Below, in pieces: positions 19,025 to 28,832 of a stretch of 39,218 bases of DNA (position 1 is the first letter of the stretch; every line of letters starts with the position of its first letter). Position numbers and translations under genes: made by a program. Source of the DNA: an uncultured delta proteobacterium (GTDB lineage: Bacteria > Desulfobacterota > Binatia > UBA9968). The stretch spans positions 1 through 39,218 of the forward strand of contig CAWJBB010000093.1 of NCBI GenBank assembly GCA_963840855.1. Reading direction: 5' to 3'. The notes under the pieces were generated by a model. That model searched no databases, was not told where the DNA came from, and saw only the letters and a program-made list of their open reading frames with translations.

Positions 19025-20050
19025 ATGAGTCCAAAATTTTTGGGATTAATTGGCTCGATCGCAGGGATCGCGCTGGCAGCGACCCTGGCCCGCGGCGCGG
19101 ATGAGCTGTTTTACAAGGGCAAAACAGTGCGCCTCATCGTCGGGGCTCCGGCCGGCGGCGGATTCGACGCCTATTCGCGCAGCCTGGCGCGCCACATGGT
19201 CAAGCATATTTCCGGCGCTCCCACTATCGTTGTGGAAAATATGGCTGGAGCAGGAACCCTTGTGGCCGCCAACTATACTTACAAGGCGGCAAAACCCGAT
19301 GGCCTATCGATCGGGAACTTCATAGGAGGACTCATTATAGGACAGATTCTGGGCCAGCCTGGAATCGAGTTCGACGCGCGCCGGTTTGAATGGATCGGCG
19401 TGCCTTCGAAAGATAACGTCGCCTGCGCCTTCACCAAGGCCAGCGGGATCACAAGCATCGAAAAATGGATGGCCTCCAAGACCCCGGTCAAAATCGGCGG
19501 CACCGGAAGGAGCACGGCGCCCGAGGACGCGCCAAAAATCCTCAAAGCGGCCTTGAACCTGCCTGTGCAGTTGGTCTCCGGTTATAAAGGCACCGCCGAC
19601 ATCCGTCTGGCGGCTGAGAGCGGAGAGCTCGCCGGCGGTTGTTGGCAATGGGAGTCTATCAAGGCGACCTGGCAAAAGGCGCTGGAAACAGGAAATGTGA
19701 TCGTGGTGTTGCAGGCCACCCCGAAGCCCCTCCCGGATCTCCCGGAGGTTCCCTTGGCGCTTAGCTTCGCCAAGACCGAAGAGGCGCGCAGGTTGATCCA
19801 GATAGGCATTCAGGATCAGGGCGCTATCACTCGCCTCTACGCTTTGCCTCCGGGAACTCCCAAAGAACGCACCCAGATCCTGCGCAAGGCCTTTATGGAT
19901 ACGCTAAAAGATTCCGAGTTTATTGCAGATGCGAGAAAGGGTAGACTCGACATAGATCCTACCCCGGGTGAAGAGTTGGAGACGATCGTGAACGACCTCT
20001 TCAAGCTAGAGACTGGTTTCTCCACAAGACTTAAGGAGATCCTTAAATAG
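19025..20050 (+). CDS. Tripartite tricarboxylate transporter substrate-binding protein (Bug/TctC)
   Basis: Signal peptide; GGGFD, VVENMAGAG, KPDG, GYKG, PPGTP. Confidence 0.88.
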   Translation: MSPKFLGLIGSIAGIALAATLARGADELFYKGKTVRLIVGAPAGGGFDAYSRSLARHMVKHISGAPTIVVENMAGAGTLVAANYTYKAAKPDGLSIGNFIGGLIIGQILGQPGIEFDARRFEWIGVPSKDNVACAFTKASGITSIEKWMASKTPVKIGGTGRSTAPEDAPKILKAALNLPVQLVSGYKGTADIRLAAESGELAGGCWQWESIKATWQKALETGNVIVVLQATPKPLPDLPEVPLALSFAKTEEARRLIQIGIQDQGAITRLYALPPGTPKERTQILRKAFMDTLKDSEFIADARKGRLDIDPTPGEELETIVNDLFKLETGFSTRLKEILK

Positions 20051-20091
20051 AAGAGTGCTTTTCTTGCGACGACTTTTGTAGGCGTTAAGAC

Positions 20092-21411
20092 GTGGATAAC
20101 GAAACGTTGCCAGTGAGTAGACGGGCGCACTTGATCAGTCTGCTGCGGCAAGATGTTCATCCTGACCAGGGCCAGATTCCGGCCTACATTTTTTCCAGCC
20201 CTGAGGTCTTTGGGTTGGAGATGGAGCGTATTTTTCCGCGCTGTTGGTTGCTCGTGGCTCATGAATCGGAGATCTCGGAACCGGGCGACTATGTGACCCG
20301 GTCTTTAGGTCAATACCCAGTTATTGTAGTTCGCGGCGAGGACGGCAAAATCCGGATTCTCTTGAATGTCTGCCGCCATCGAGGAATGCGGGTTTGTCGT
20401 ACGGATTCAGGCAAAAGCTCGGATTTCCTGTGCCCCTATCACGGCTATAACTACAAAAACACCGGAGAGCTCATCGGCGTGCCCTTTGAAAAGGACTCCT
20501 ACGGTACGTTGGACAAATCCAAGTATGGTCTATTAGAAATGAGGACAGGCAGTTTCCAAGGACTTGTTTTCGGCGCGCTACCCGGACGGGAGGAGTCCTT
20601 GGATCAATACTTAGGCGGAATGAAATGGTACCTCGATCTTTATCTGAAGAGGGCCGAAATGACTGTGATGGGACCTCCTCAGAGGTGGGTTGTTCAGTCG
20701 AATTGGAAGCTTCCCGCTGAGAATTTTGCCTCCGATGCGTATCACGTAACCAACACACATGCGTGCATGCCCAGCTTGGGACTTTTTCCAAACATCGCCT
20801 ATGCGAAGTTCGGCTACCATATTCATGCGGGTAACGGCCATGGTATCGGCATCGGCACTGGAGTTGCCGATTCTCCCAGCATCTGGCCCGAGACATTGCT
20901 TGAGCAGTTTGAGAAAAATTTAAGCCCTGAGCAGTTTTCCCTCCTCAAGACAGTGAAAAATGCGCACGCGACAGTTTTCCCCAATCTATCTTTTCTTATC
21001 TCTTCGATGACCTACGAAGGTCAACCGATCTACCACACCACGATGCGGCTTTGGCAGCCCGTTGGATACGATACCATCGAGGTGGTTTCGTGGGTTTTGG
21101 TAGAAAAGGAGATTCCGGAAGAATGGAAGAAAAAAGCGCAAAGAGCTTATATCCACACTTTCGGATCTTCCGGCATGCTCGAGCAAGACGACACGGAAAA
21201 CTGGGTCAACGTCACGGAAAATAGCCGCAAGGTTAGCCAGCTCCCCGGCGTGACCTTTAACTACCAGATGGGTTTGGGCCGCAAGCCCATGGATTCTTTT
21301 CCCGGTCCCGGGGAGGTTTATGAGTGTAAATTTCACGAAGCCAATGCCCGAGCCTTTTACCGGCGCTGGCTCGATCTGCTTCTTAGGGATGAAGGAGATG
21401 TCTGTATTTGA
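20092..21411 (+). CDS. Aromatic ring-hydroxylating dioxygenase alpha subunit
   Basis: Rieske CRH...CPYH; NWK..AENF.SDAYH..TH; EQDD. Confidence 0.92.
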   Translation: MDNETLPVSRRAHLISLLRQDVHPDQGQIPAYIFSSPEVFGLEMERIFPRCWLLVAHESEISEPGDYVTRSLGQYPVIVVRGEDGKIRILLNVCRHRGMRVCRTDSGKSSDFLCPYHGYNYKNTGELIGVPFEKDSYGTLDKSKYGLLEMRTGSFQGLVFGALPGREESLDQYLGGMKWYLDLYLKRAEMTVMGPPQRWVVQSNWKLPAENFASDAYHVTNTHACMPSLGLFPNIAYAKFGYHIHAGNGHGIGIGTGVADSPSIWPETLLEQFEKNLSPEQFSLLKTVKNAHATVFPNLSFLISSMTYEGQPIYHTTMRLWQPVGYDTIEVVSWVLVEKEIPEEWKKKAQRAYIHTFGSSGMLEQDDTENWVNVTENSRKVSQLPGVTFNYQMGLGRKPMDSFPGPGEVYECKFHEANARAFYRRWLDLLLRDEGDVCI

Positions 21412-21898
21412 GTTAGAGCGAGAAGTTGCGGATTTTTTTTATCGTGAGGCGGAGCTGCTCGACTCCAATAGCCTCGCGGAGTGGCTCGAGCTTTTGACTG
21501 AAGACATAAGCTATGAAATGCCAGTGCGCATAACTCGCGAGCGGGGCCAGCGCGATATCTCCTCTCAAACGGGGCATTTCTCCGAGGATCGCCGCTCTCT
21601 CGAGCTGCGCGTTAAGCGCCTCGGCACCGACTTTGGCTGGGCCGAGAATCCGCCCTCCCGCACGCGCCGTTTCATTTCCAATATCCGCGTGGAAAACACC
21701 TCGAGCCCAGATGAAGTGAAAGCCTGCAGTTATTTTCTCCTGTACCGGAGTCGCGGCAGCTCTATCCAGGCGGACCTGATTTCCGGACAACGCCAGGATC
21801 TATTGCGAAAACTTGACGGCAAATGGAAACTTGCCAGCAGACTGATCATCGTCGATCAGTCTGTATTGGGGACGAGGAATTTAGCGATTTTTTTCTAA
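21398..21898 (+). CDS. Aromatic ring-hydroxylating dioxygenase beta subunit
   Basis: F.YREAELLD, WAENPPSRTRR..SN, NLAIFF; ATG 21398 overlaps the end of alpha, GAAGGAG upstream. Confidence 0.92.
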   Translation: MSVFELEREVADFFYREAELLDSNSLAEWLELLTEDISYEMPVRITRERGQRDISSQTGHFSEDRRSLELRVKRLGTDFGWAENPPSRTRRFISNIRVENTSSPDEVKACSYFLLYRSRGSSIQADLISGQRQDLLRKLDGKWKLASRLIIVDQSVLGTRNLAIFF

Positions 21899-21904
21899 AG
21901 AAGC

Positions 21905-22715
21905 TCACTTATTCTCGGCCAGAGAGAGCCCTCGTGCTCCCAAGCCTCCGTCACTGTGGATGATCTCGCCGGTCATCGTCCGGGTTTGGTCGGATGCCAA
22001 GAGCAAATACGCCGCTACATGGTCTTCGGCGTGCATTGCCAGCCGCAAGGGGTTCCGCGACCGACTGCGCGCTTCCCGCGCTTGAGCCTCCAGCGGAGCG
22101 GGCGCCAAGGACTTCAGACTGGCAACGACACGAAGATTAGTCACCGTCCCCCCAGGGGCCACGCCGTTAACCCGCACTCGGGGGGCCAGCTCATAGGCGA
22201 GTTCCTGGATAAGCCCTACGACAGCGTGCTTGCTGGCGGTGTAAATAGGGCCTCCGCCGTTCGGATAGAACGCCGCGCTGGAGACCGTAAATATTATATT
22301 GCCTGAGGTTTTGAGAAGCTCAGGCAGAGCGGCTTTGGCGCCTAGCAAATAACCTTTCACGTTCACGTGGAAGATCTCATCGAACGCCTCGCTTATCTTC
22401 TCGTCGGGGAGCTTCTCGATGGTGACGGAGCCGTCGAATAGCCCCGCGTTCCCCACGAAAACATCTAATCTGCCAAATGCATCCACAGCGGCCTTGACTG
22501 CCGCGGCGGTTGTCTTCCAGTCGAGTAACATCTCCTTGTACCGTGACCACGGCACCGCTCGGCAATAGCCGCGAGAGCTGCTGGAGCTTCTCGGCATCGA
22601 GGTCACAAATGCATACCTTCGCGCCCTCTTGGATAAAACGCTCAACTATAGCCCGGCCAATCCCCGAAGCGCCGCCGGTAACAATTGCTACTTTTCCGTC
22701 TAACCATCCTGCCAT
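21905..22715 (-). CDS. cis-dihydrodiol dehydrogenase (BphB/HcaB-like SDR), one +1 frameshift near 22502
   Basis: Joined frames: MAGWLDGKVAIVTGGASGIG...DNRR-AVKAAVDAFGRLDVFVGNAG..FDE.FHVNVKGY..GGG..YTASKHA..LAP..RVNGVAPG. Confidence 0.85.
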
Positions 22716-22749
22716 AGAGCTTCTTTCCTTCTAGGAAACCAGGTCTACC

Positions 22750-22812
22750 ATTCAGTGTTCAAAGTTCAAAGTTCAATGTTCAAGGTGGGGAGAGGAGGTT
22801 GAACGTTGAACA
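22750..22812. repeat. Heptamer-array inverted repeat
   Basis: GTTCAAA GTTCAAA GTTCAAT GTTCAAG ... GTTGAAC GTTGAAC. Confidence 0.75.
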
Positions 22813-22821
22813 TCCTCGCGG

Positions 22822-23805
22822 CTATTGCGGCTTCCAGTTCTTGAGTCTTTCGTTGGCCTTGCGGGCAAAGCTCAGGTCAAAGGGACGCTCCGGCGGCGGC
22901 AGTTCCTTGAGGCCCAGGGCGGCGGCTTGAATCTGCGCTTCGCTGCGCATGAAATCTTCCCCGCGCGTGCCGTCGGCAGTGAAGGTTTGAATCGTCGTGT
23001 CATAGACTTCCTTGACCCTTTCTGTATCCATCCTCATGTATTTCACCAATATCGGCATGACGCCTTCACGGTTGGCTATGAAATATTTAAGCCCCTTCAC
23101 TGCGCCGGTCACGAACTTTAGCACTGTTTCCGGCCGCGTCTCGATCATCTTGGCATGGGTGACCACGCCGCCGCTCAGGGCATAAACCTCATTGCCGAGA
23201 AAGACTATCTCTTTCAATCCCTCCCTGCGGGCCCTTATGCTTGTGGGAGTGTTGAAGACAGCCGCATCCACGGCGCCGCTCTTTAAGGCCAAAAAACGAA
23301 CATCGTCGGTGCCGGCGGCGATCATGGCGACCTCTTTGTCGGCCTCCACGCCCAGCTTTTTGAGCCCAAGCCTGGCGAGTGTATGGACCAGCGACCCAAA
23401 GGTCGAAACGGCAATCTTCTTGCCCTTTAGCTGCGACGGGTTGAGATTCTCCCGGGCGAAGATCCAGAAGCCCGGCTTGAAGGTATGGATGAGCAGGACC
23501 TTCAGAGGGACGTTGCGGGCGATGGCCGTCGACGCCGAGCCGCCTGCGGCGCTGAAGTCGAAGCTACCGGCGATAAGGCCGTTAATGCCAACGCCGGGAG
23601 TCGCGAGAATAAACAACGGCTCCAGTCCCTCCTCACGAAAATAACCCTTCTCCTGCGCGACGAACAGCGTGATGACGCTGATATCGAAGGACGGGTTATG
23701 GATCTTCAGCTGTTCCTGGGCAAGGCTGGTCTGAAACCCAAAAATGGTGCCGAGCAAAACAGTGAGGAGCGCGAGCTTTGCGGGTCCTTTCGGTTTTCGT
23801 TTCAT
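22822..23805 (-). CDS. NitT/TauT (NMT1/THI5-like) ABC substrate-binding protein
   Basis: Signal peptide from ATG 23805; A.EKGYF.EEGL, LKGKKIAV, AL.SG.VDA. Confidence 0.85.
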   Translation of the reverse strand: MKRKPKGPAKLALLTVLLGTIFGFQTSLAQEQLKIHNPSFDISVITLFVAQEKGYFREEGLEPLFILATPGVGINGLIAGSFDFSAAGGSASTAIARNVPLKVLLIHTFKPGFWIFARENLNPSQLKGKKIAVSTFGSLVHTLARLGLKKLGVEADKEVAMIAAGTDDVRFLALKSGAVDAAVFNTPTSIRARREGLKEIVFLGNEVYALSGGVVTHAKMIETRPETVLKFVTGAVKGLKYFIANREGVMPILVKYMRMDTERVKEVYDTTIQTFTADGTRGEDFMRSEAQIQAAALGLKELPPPERPFDLSFARKANERLKNWKPQ

Positions 23806-23882
23806 ATCGCTCCACCTAATCTTGAACTGATCGAGGCATTGGAAAGCCTTACGGTTCCATAGCCCCGGTAGAAAACTCTTTT

Positions 23883-25037
23883 CTACGCGGCGGCCGACGG
23901 GGACTCTACCGGCCAGACCAAGCACTCTTGGCTGGGAGCAATGCGTTTTTCCTCTCGCTGTGCCAGAAATGCTTTTTTGATGCGCTGGCGGACTTCATAC
24001 ATACTCTTGTCCGGCTCGAACAGGTGCTCGTGGTTGCGCGCCGTCACGAGGTCTCCCTGCGCGCAGGCGATCATCGCATCCTCGCGGGAGATTCCCTCCA
24101 GCCGCGGCCTGACGACATCATGAAAGAGTTTTTCCCAGCGCTCTTGGGCCTCGGCTCCGGTGGCGCGCTGGACCACGAAGCGCTGCACGATGGTTCGATG
24201 CGCGTCGAGGGGAAATTGCCACAGACGAGCGACGTACGGTTCGGCGCCCGGTACCGGGCTGATGACGTTGGTGGTGATGCACGGCAGAATGAACCGGTCG
24301 CCCTTCACAGCCAATAAGTGGCCGTGATGGATCGGCTTGCCCTGCCGATCGACGGCGATACCGCGGACGCCGTAGGTTGTCTCGACGATCTTGACTCGGC
24401 GCTCCGCCAGAGCGGCGGAAGGGCGTTGAACTTTTCCGCCTTGCCAGGTTTTGTCCGCCACCGCCTGGGTGTCGGAATGCAGGATCACTGCATGAAAGCC
24501 GTCTCCACCATCTACCGTTAGCAGCCAGTTGGCGTCCCAAATCTCCGTCGGCATCCTGAAACAGCGATACTCTTGTTCGCGCAAGATCTCTTCCGGCACC
24601 TCCTGTTCGAGGGGCGGCGGCGGAAAATGCGTCGCATCGCCGAGATAGGCCCAGATATAACCTGCCAGCTCTTTGGCGGGGTAGGCCTGAGCGCAAACCT
24701 CCTTTCGGGTCGGGCTCTCCTCGGGCTCCCAGGGGATGAGCGTGCATTGCCCGGTCTTGTCAAAGCGTAATCCATGAAACGCGCACTGAATTTGCCCTTC
24801 CAAGACGCGGCCCGCGGAGAGCTTCGCCGCCCGGTGCGGGCAGCGATCGAAAAGAACTCCGGGATGGCCTTCCGCGTCGCGCCAGACAACCAGGCTCTCA
24901 CCGAGACAATTGATTGCCACCGGGCTTCCTTGCGTTAGGTCCTCCGAGAGCAAGATGGGGTACCAGTAGTTCCTGAGCCCGCTCTCAAGCCCTGCCGGAA
25001 CGTCCGGTGCTATCTCGGCAATGTCCATTGCGGCCAT
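23883..25037 (-). CDS. Rieske non-heme iron oxygenase, alpha-only type (VanA/phthalate 4,5-dioxygenase-like)
   Basis: LRNYWYP, CPHR...CAFHG, D.FHA..LH, I..ED; GGAGGGAG RBS before ATG 25037. Confidence 0.88.
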   Translation of the reverse strand: MAAMDIAEIAPDVPAGLESGLRNYWYPILLSEDLTQGSPVAINCLGESLVVWRDAEGHPGVLFDRCPHRAAKLSAGRVLEGQIQCAFHGLRFDKTGQCTLIPWEPEESPTRKEVCAQAYPAKELAGYIWAYLGDATHFPPPPLEQEVPEEILREQEYRCFRMPTEIWDANWLLTVDGGDGFHAVILHSDTQAVADKTWQGGKVQRPSAALAERRVKIVETTYGVRGIAVDRQGKPIHHGHLLAVKGDRFILPCITTNVISPVPGAEPYVARLWQFPLDAHRTIVQRFVVQRATGAEAQERWEKLFHDVVRPRLEGISREDAMIACAQGDLVTARNHEHLFEPDKSMYEVRQRIKKAFLAQREEKRIAPSQECLVWPVESPSAAA

Positions 25038-25241
25038 GAATGCTCCCTCCTCTGACGGCTTTTCCTTAGCACTGGGGTCGGTATTGGGCAAGACTAAACG
25101 GCGAGATTAGACGGGTTGCCAATTCCATGCTTCGTCTATTCGATCGCCGCTTGATGTGTTATGCGTATTGCGTTTCGGCAAAACTGACCTTGGAAAACGG
25201 CAGTCGTAGCTCGGAAAGCAACTTCAAAACGGAGGGAGCTT

Positions 25242-26265
25242 ATGAGAGTCTGTCGGATCGCTTAAAAAAGTTTTCGGCGGGTTTTGTTTAGCGCTCGCGA
25301 TCGCTGCTTTGGATTTGAGTCTTGCTGTGGAGGCAGCAAGGGCGGGTGTCCCGTCCGCTAAACTTACCGTAGCTTACACGACGGTGGGAGCAATCCTTAC
25401 GCCCGTGTGGATCCCGCTTGAGAAGGGCATCTTTCAGAAATACGGCTTGGATGTGGATATGAAGCTCATCTCCACAGGGCCGGTGGTGGTCAGCGCTTTA
25501 ATCGCCGGCGAGATTGACATAGCCGCTGCCAGTGGAGAGCCGATCGTCAGTGGCATTTTAGGCGGGGCTGACCTGACCATAATGGGCTTTGGAACCACCA
25601 CGACCCCTGTGAGCTTGTACGTGATCCCATCGATAACGCAGGTCGAGCAGTTGAAAGGAGCCACGGTGGCCGTTTCGCGCCTGACCTCCAGCGGCGCCTA
25701 CATACTGAAAGTTGGACTCAAAAGAGCGGGCCTGGAAGCGATCAAGGATGTTACCTTGATCCAAGCGGGCGGCATACCCGAATCATTCGCCGCACTCCAC
25801 GGTGGCAGGGTCCAGGGGGCGATGCTTTCGCCGCCGACCACCTACAAGGCTGAAGCGCTGGGCTTCAAACGCATATGGAGTGGTTTGGGCGTGGAGTATC
25901 CATCCTTGGTCTTCGCCGTCCGGAAGGCATTCTTGAGGGATTCCGAAGGGGTGGCGCTGAGATTTTTACAGGCTATGGCCGAAGGCATCCACATTTTTAA
26001 TACGGATAAGGAAGAAGCTCTAAAGGTGATGGCTAAATACACTAAAGTCACGGACAGGAAAATTCTGGAAAATAGCTACGCCGACAATAGCGGGGTGCAT
26101 AGCCAGACTCTCGAGCCGACTCGGAGCGGAATAGGAAATATCCTGGAAACCATGGCTGGCACTAGTCCCAAAGCGGCGACGGCAAAACCCGAAGATTTTA
26201 TCGATTCCCGTTTAGTGAAGAAGCTTGAAGAGAGCGGCTTTTTCAAAAAACTCGCAGGCCGATAG
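25242..26265 (+). CDS. NitT/TauT ABC substrate-binding protein, probable +1 frameshift just after the start
   Basis: GGAGGGAG RBS + ATG 25242; signal peptide KKVFGGFCLALAIAAL lies in the downstream frame; EKGIF.KYGLDV; PEDFIDS..V..LEESGF. Confidence 0.82.
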
Positions 26266-26365
26266 GAATGCTAACGAGGTGAGCGCGTTCGGGATCTTCC
26301 ATCCACCGCTCCTCTTTAGATACTTACCGCTTAAATGTTTCACATAACGTCTTTAAGAAAGTTTA

Positions 26366-26444
26366 TCGCGCCAAGGCGCCAAGCACGCAAAGTAAGACAT
26401 TTTCCTATCCCTCAGAACTTGGCGAGCTTTGCGCCTTTGCGCGA
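26366..26444. repeat. Inverted repeat of CGCCAAG/CGCAAAG units
   Basis: TCGCGCCAAGGCGCCAAGCACGCAAAG ... CTTGGCGAGCTTTGCGCCTTTGCGCGA between convergent genes. Confidence 0.7.
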
Positions 26445-26504
26445 GTCACAGCGTTTTTGATTTCCTTGATCTAAAATTCGGCCGGAAATTACAAGTATCT
26501 ATGC

Positions 26505-27476
26505 CTAAGTTTTTTTCGTGATCGGAAAGCCGTCGATTTCAGAGCCGAGATTTTTCTCGCGGGCGCGCTCGAAGATGCGCGCCGCGATGGCGACATCCTG
26601 GTGCGCCGAGCCCACCGATTTGAATAACGTAATCTGTTTCTCGTCGCTACGCGCCGGCGCGCTGCCTGTGACCAGCTCGGCCAGTTCGTATACTTGCTCG
26701 GGCGAAACAACGTCTTTGGCAGCGATGGCATCCCCGGCTTCGCCGAACACGCCTTCGCGCGTGTCCACGACAATCACGGCGCTGCGCTGGAATGTCGCCG
26801 CATCGATCTCTCGCTGCTCCGGGCGCGCCGTGCCCACTGAATTGACATGGGTTCCGGGCTCCAACCATTCACCCAACAGCGCCGTTTCGGCTGACTTGAC
26901 CGCGGCAACAACGAGGCCGCAGCCTCGCACTGCGTCTTGCGCGTGGCCTACCGGCAACACCTCTATTCCCAGAGACCGACTGTAATCGGCGGCGAACTTC
27001 TCGCGATTCGCCTGAGTCGGGCTGTAGACACGCGCCGAGCGCGCCAGACCCAAGGCGTGCATCGCTTCGAGTTGCGCCCGGGCTTCAATCCCGGAACCGA
27101 TCACCCCTATAGTCGTCGGCTCACCACCGGCGAGGCGCCGGGTCGCGACGGCGCTGGTGGCGCCGGTGCGCAAAGTGGTGAGATGGAGCGCGTCCATAAT
27201 GGCTAAAAGTTCGCCGTCAGCTATCCGATAGAGATGGACTTGATAACGGACTCCGTGGCCTGGAGCTAAATTCATCGCCTTGAAGCCCATGTAGCCGGAG
27301 CCTTCCAGCACCGCGGGTCCGACGCGGAGCCATCCTTTGCCGGCCTTGAGGTTGAGTCTGTGCGGTTGGATGACTTTGCCCTCGGCCTGTTCGCGGAATG
27401 CGCCCTCCATCGCGTCCATCGCATCCAGCATGGTTACGCTGGCCGAGACATCTTCGTGGGTAAGAAACAGCGCCAT
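26505..27476 (-). CDS. Ornithine cyclodeaminase/mu-crystallin family protein
   Basis: LT.LRTGA.SA, IGSG.EA, G.HVNSVG, EID, FKSVG...D. Confidence 0.9.
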   Translation of the reverse strand: MALFLTHEDVSASVTMLDAMDAMEGAFREQAEGKVIQPHRLNLKAGKGWLRVGPAVLEGSGYMGFKAMNLAPGHGVRYQVHLYRIADGELLAIMDALHLTTLRTGATSAVATRRLAGGEPTTIGVIGSGIEARAQLEAMHALGLARSARVYSPTQANREKFAADYSRSLGIEVLPVGHAQDAVRGCGLVVAAVKSAETALLGEWLEPGTHVNSVGTARPEQREIDAATFQRSAVIVVDTREGVFGEAGDAIAAKDVVSPEQVYELAELVTGSAPARSDEKQITLFKSVGSAHQDVAIAARIFERAREKNLGSEIDGFPITKKT

Positions 27477-27486
27477 GTGTGATTCT

Positions 27487-28500
27487 TTAGGCCGGATTGC
27501 GGCCGGCGAAGAATGCCGCGGGATCTTCCTCTGCGATTTCCACTCCGGACCGGCTGAGCGCTTCTCGAAGGCGCCTCATCTGGCCGTTGTTGAGCTTCAT
27601 GACGGGCTGGCGCACGGGGCCGCCGTTATAACCATTGAGCCAAGCCTGGTATTTCCACATATAGCGATGGATGAAATTGGCGCCGCCGAAAGAGTTCTGC
27701 TCGGCCATGCGCGCGGCGCGCGCCGGTTGGATCTGCCAGTAAATCTTCATGGCCTTATCGAACTGGCCTTCGCGGAGGAGCTTAAAATATTGCGGCACCA
27801 TGCCGCCCCAGTATTCGTAATTGCTTGTTCCCATCCATTGCTGGCCAAACATTTCTACGGTGAGCGGGGAGTTGGCCTCGAGGGGATCGGAAAAGAGGAC
27901 CCCTTTGTCCCGGATCGTTTTCCAAAACTCATAGGCCGCGCCGAGCCCCGGCCGCCCCACCTCGTGCTTGATGGCGACGACATTGGGGAGTTTCGCGGCC
28001 CGCAACAAAACCTGGGGCGGATAGCCGCTGGGATGAAGTCTTTCAAAATTCCAGTGATGCGCGGCAAATAACACGGTGGCGAGATCCGTGCGGTCGCAAA
28101 CGTAGGCGAGGTACTCGTAGAGCTGATCCGCGTCCTTCGGATAAAACGAATTCGGGTGACCGAGCAGCAAGCCGTCCACGCCTATGGTCTGTCCTTCTCG
28201 GGCCATCTGCACGATGTCATCCGCGGTATCAAAGGTGCCATGAAGCAAGAAACGGTGGCGCCCTCTGGCTTCGTCCACCGCGATCTCCATGAACTGCTTC
28301 ATTTCCGCCATGGTTGTTCCCGCCTCAGATACGAGCAGCGCGCCCCAGAAGCCGAGTTCAATGTTGCGCTTCACGTCGTGGCGGATGGCTTTTTCGTTGA
28401 GCCGTTTGAGGTCCGCAGTATAGCTCGGGATAATAACGTTGCAGACGCCGTGAAAATCTCCCTTGGCCCACTCCTTAGCCGTTGCCTTGGTATATTCCAT
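27487..28500 (-). CDS. Dihydrodipicolinate synthase-family (class I aldolase / hydratase-aldolase-like) protein
   Basis: TIM-barrel pattern; PNVVAIK Schiff-base Lys; GGPVRQP. Confidence 0.8.
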   Translation of the reverse strand: MEYTKATAKEWAKGDFHGVCNVIIPSYTADLKRLNEKAIRHDVKRNIELGFWGALLVSEAGTTMAEMKQFMEIAVDEARGRHRFLLHGTFDTADDIVQMAREGQTIGVDGLLLGHPNSFYPKDADQLYEYLAYVCDRTDLATVLFAAHHWNFERLHPSGYPPQVLLRAAKLPNVVAIKHEVGRPGLGAAYEFWKTIRDKGVLFSDPLEANSPLTVEMFGQQWMGTSNYEYWGGMVPQYFKLLREGQFDKAMKIYWQIQPARAARMAEQNSFGGANFIHRYMWKYQAWLNGYNGGPVRQPVMKLNNGQMRRLREALSRSGVEIAEEDPAAFFAGRNPA

Positions 28501-28631
28501 CGAATAAGCCCTCCTATGTCGTGAGACAATTTCAAAACGCTGCGTCGATTTTCCCGGAATAACTGTCTCCTGAATTGATTATATTCGCTTATCTCTAACT
28601 ATCGGTTTTGTAAAGCCGATCTACATAGGAT

Positions 28632-28696
28632 GTTCAAGGTTCAACGTTCCGGGTTCAACGTTCTGTCATTGAACCTTGAACTTTGAACATTGAACT
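28632..28696. repeat. Heptamer-array inverted repeat
   Basis: GTTCAAG GTTCAAC GTTCCGG GTTCAAC GTTC ... TTGAACC TTGAACT TTGAACA TTGAAC. Confidence 0.8.
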
Positions 28697-28832
28697 GAGG
28701 GTCGCCCGTCGACGGTGGAACGGAACAAACATCTGTAGTACGGTCCGCAGAGAATGCATTTGGCCGGCGCGTCGTCTTCGGGCGATTTCACGCCGGCGGA
28801 ACCGAGTTACGTCAACATTAGAGGAGACCATC

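Noticed and set aside
23821-23831. CTTGAACTGAT resembling the cassette arm
   Set aside because: 9/11 match with no spacer or partner arm; it lies in the leader of an SBP gene and could be chance.
28683-28832. N-terminal extensions in the ORF track (also at 78, 21320, 23925, 25091, 38565)
   Set aside because: Downstream ATGs have better RBS, promoter or signal-peptide context; the extensions run through repeats or neighbouring genes.
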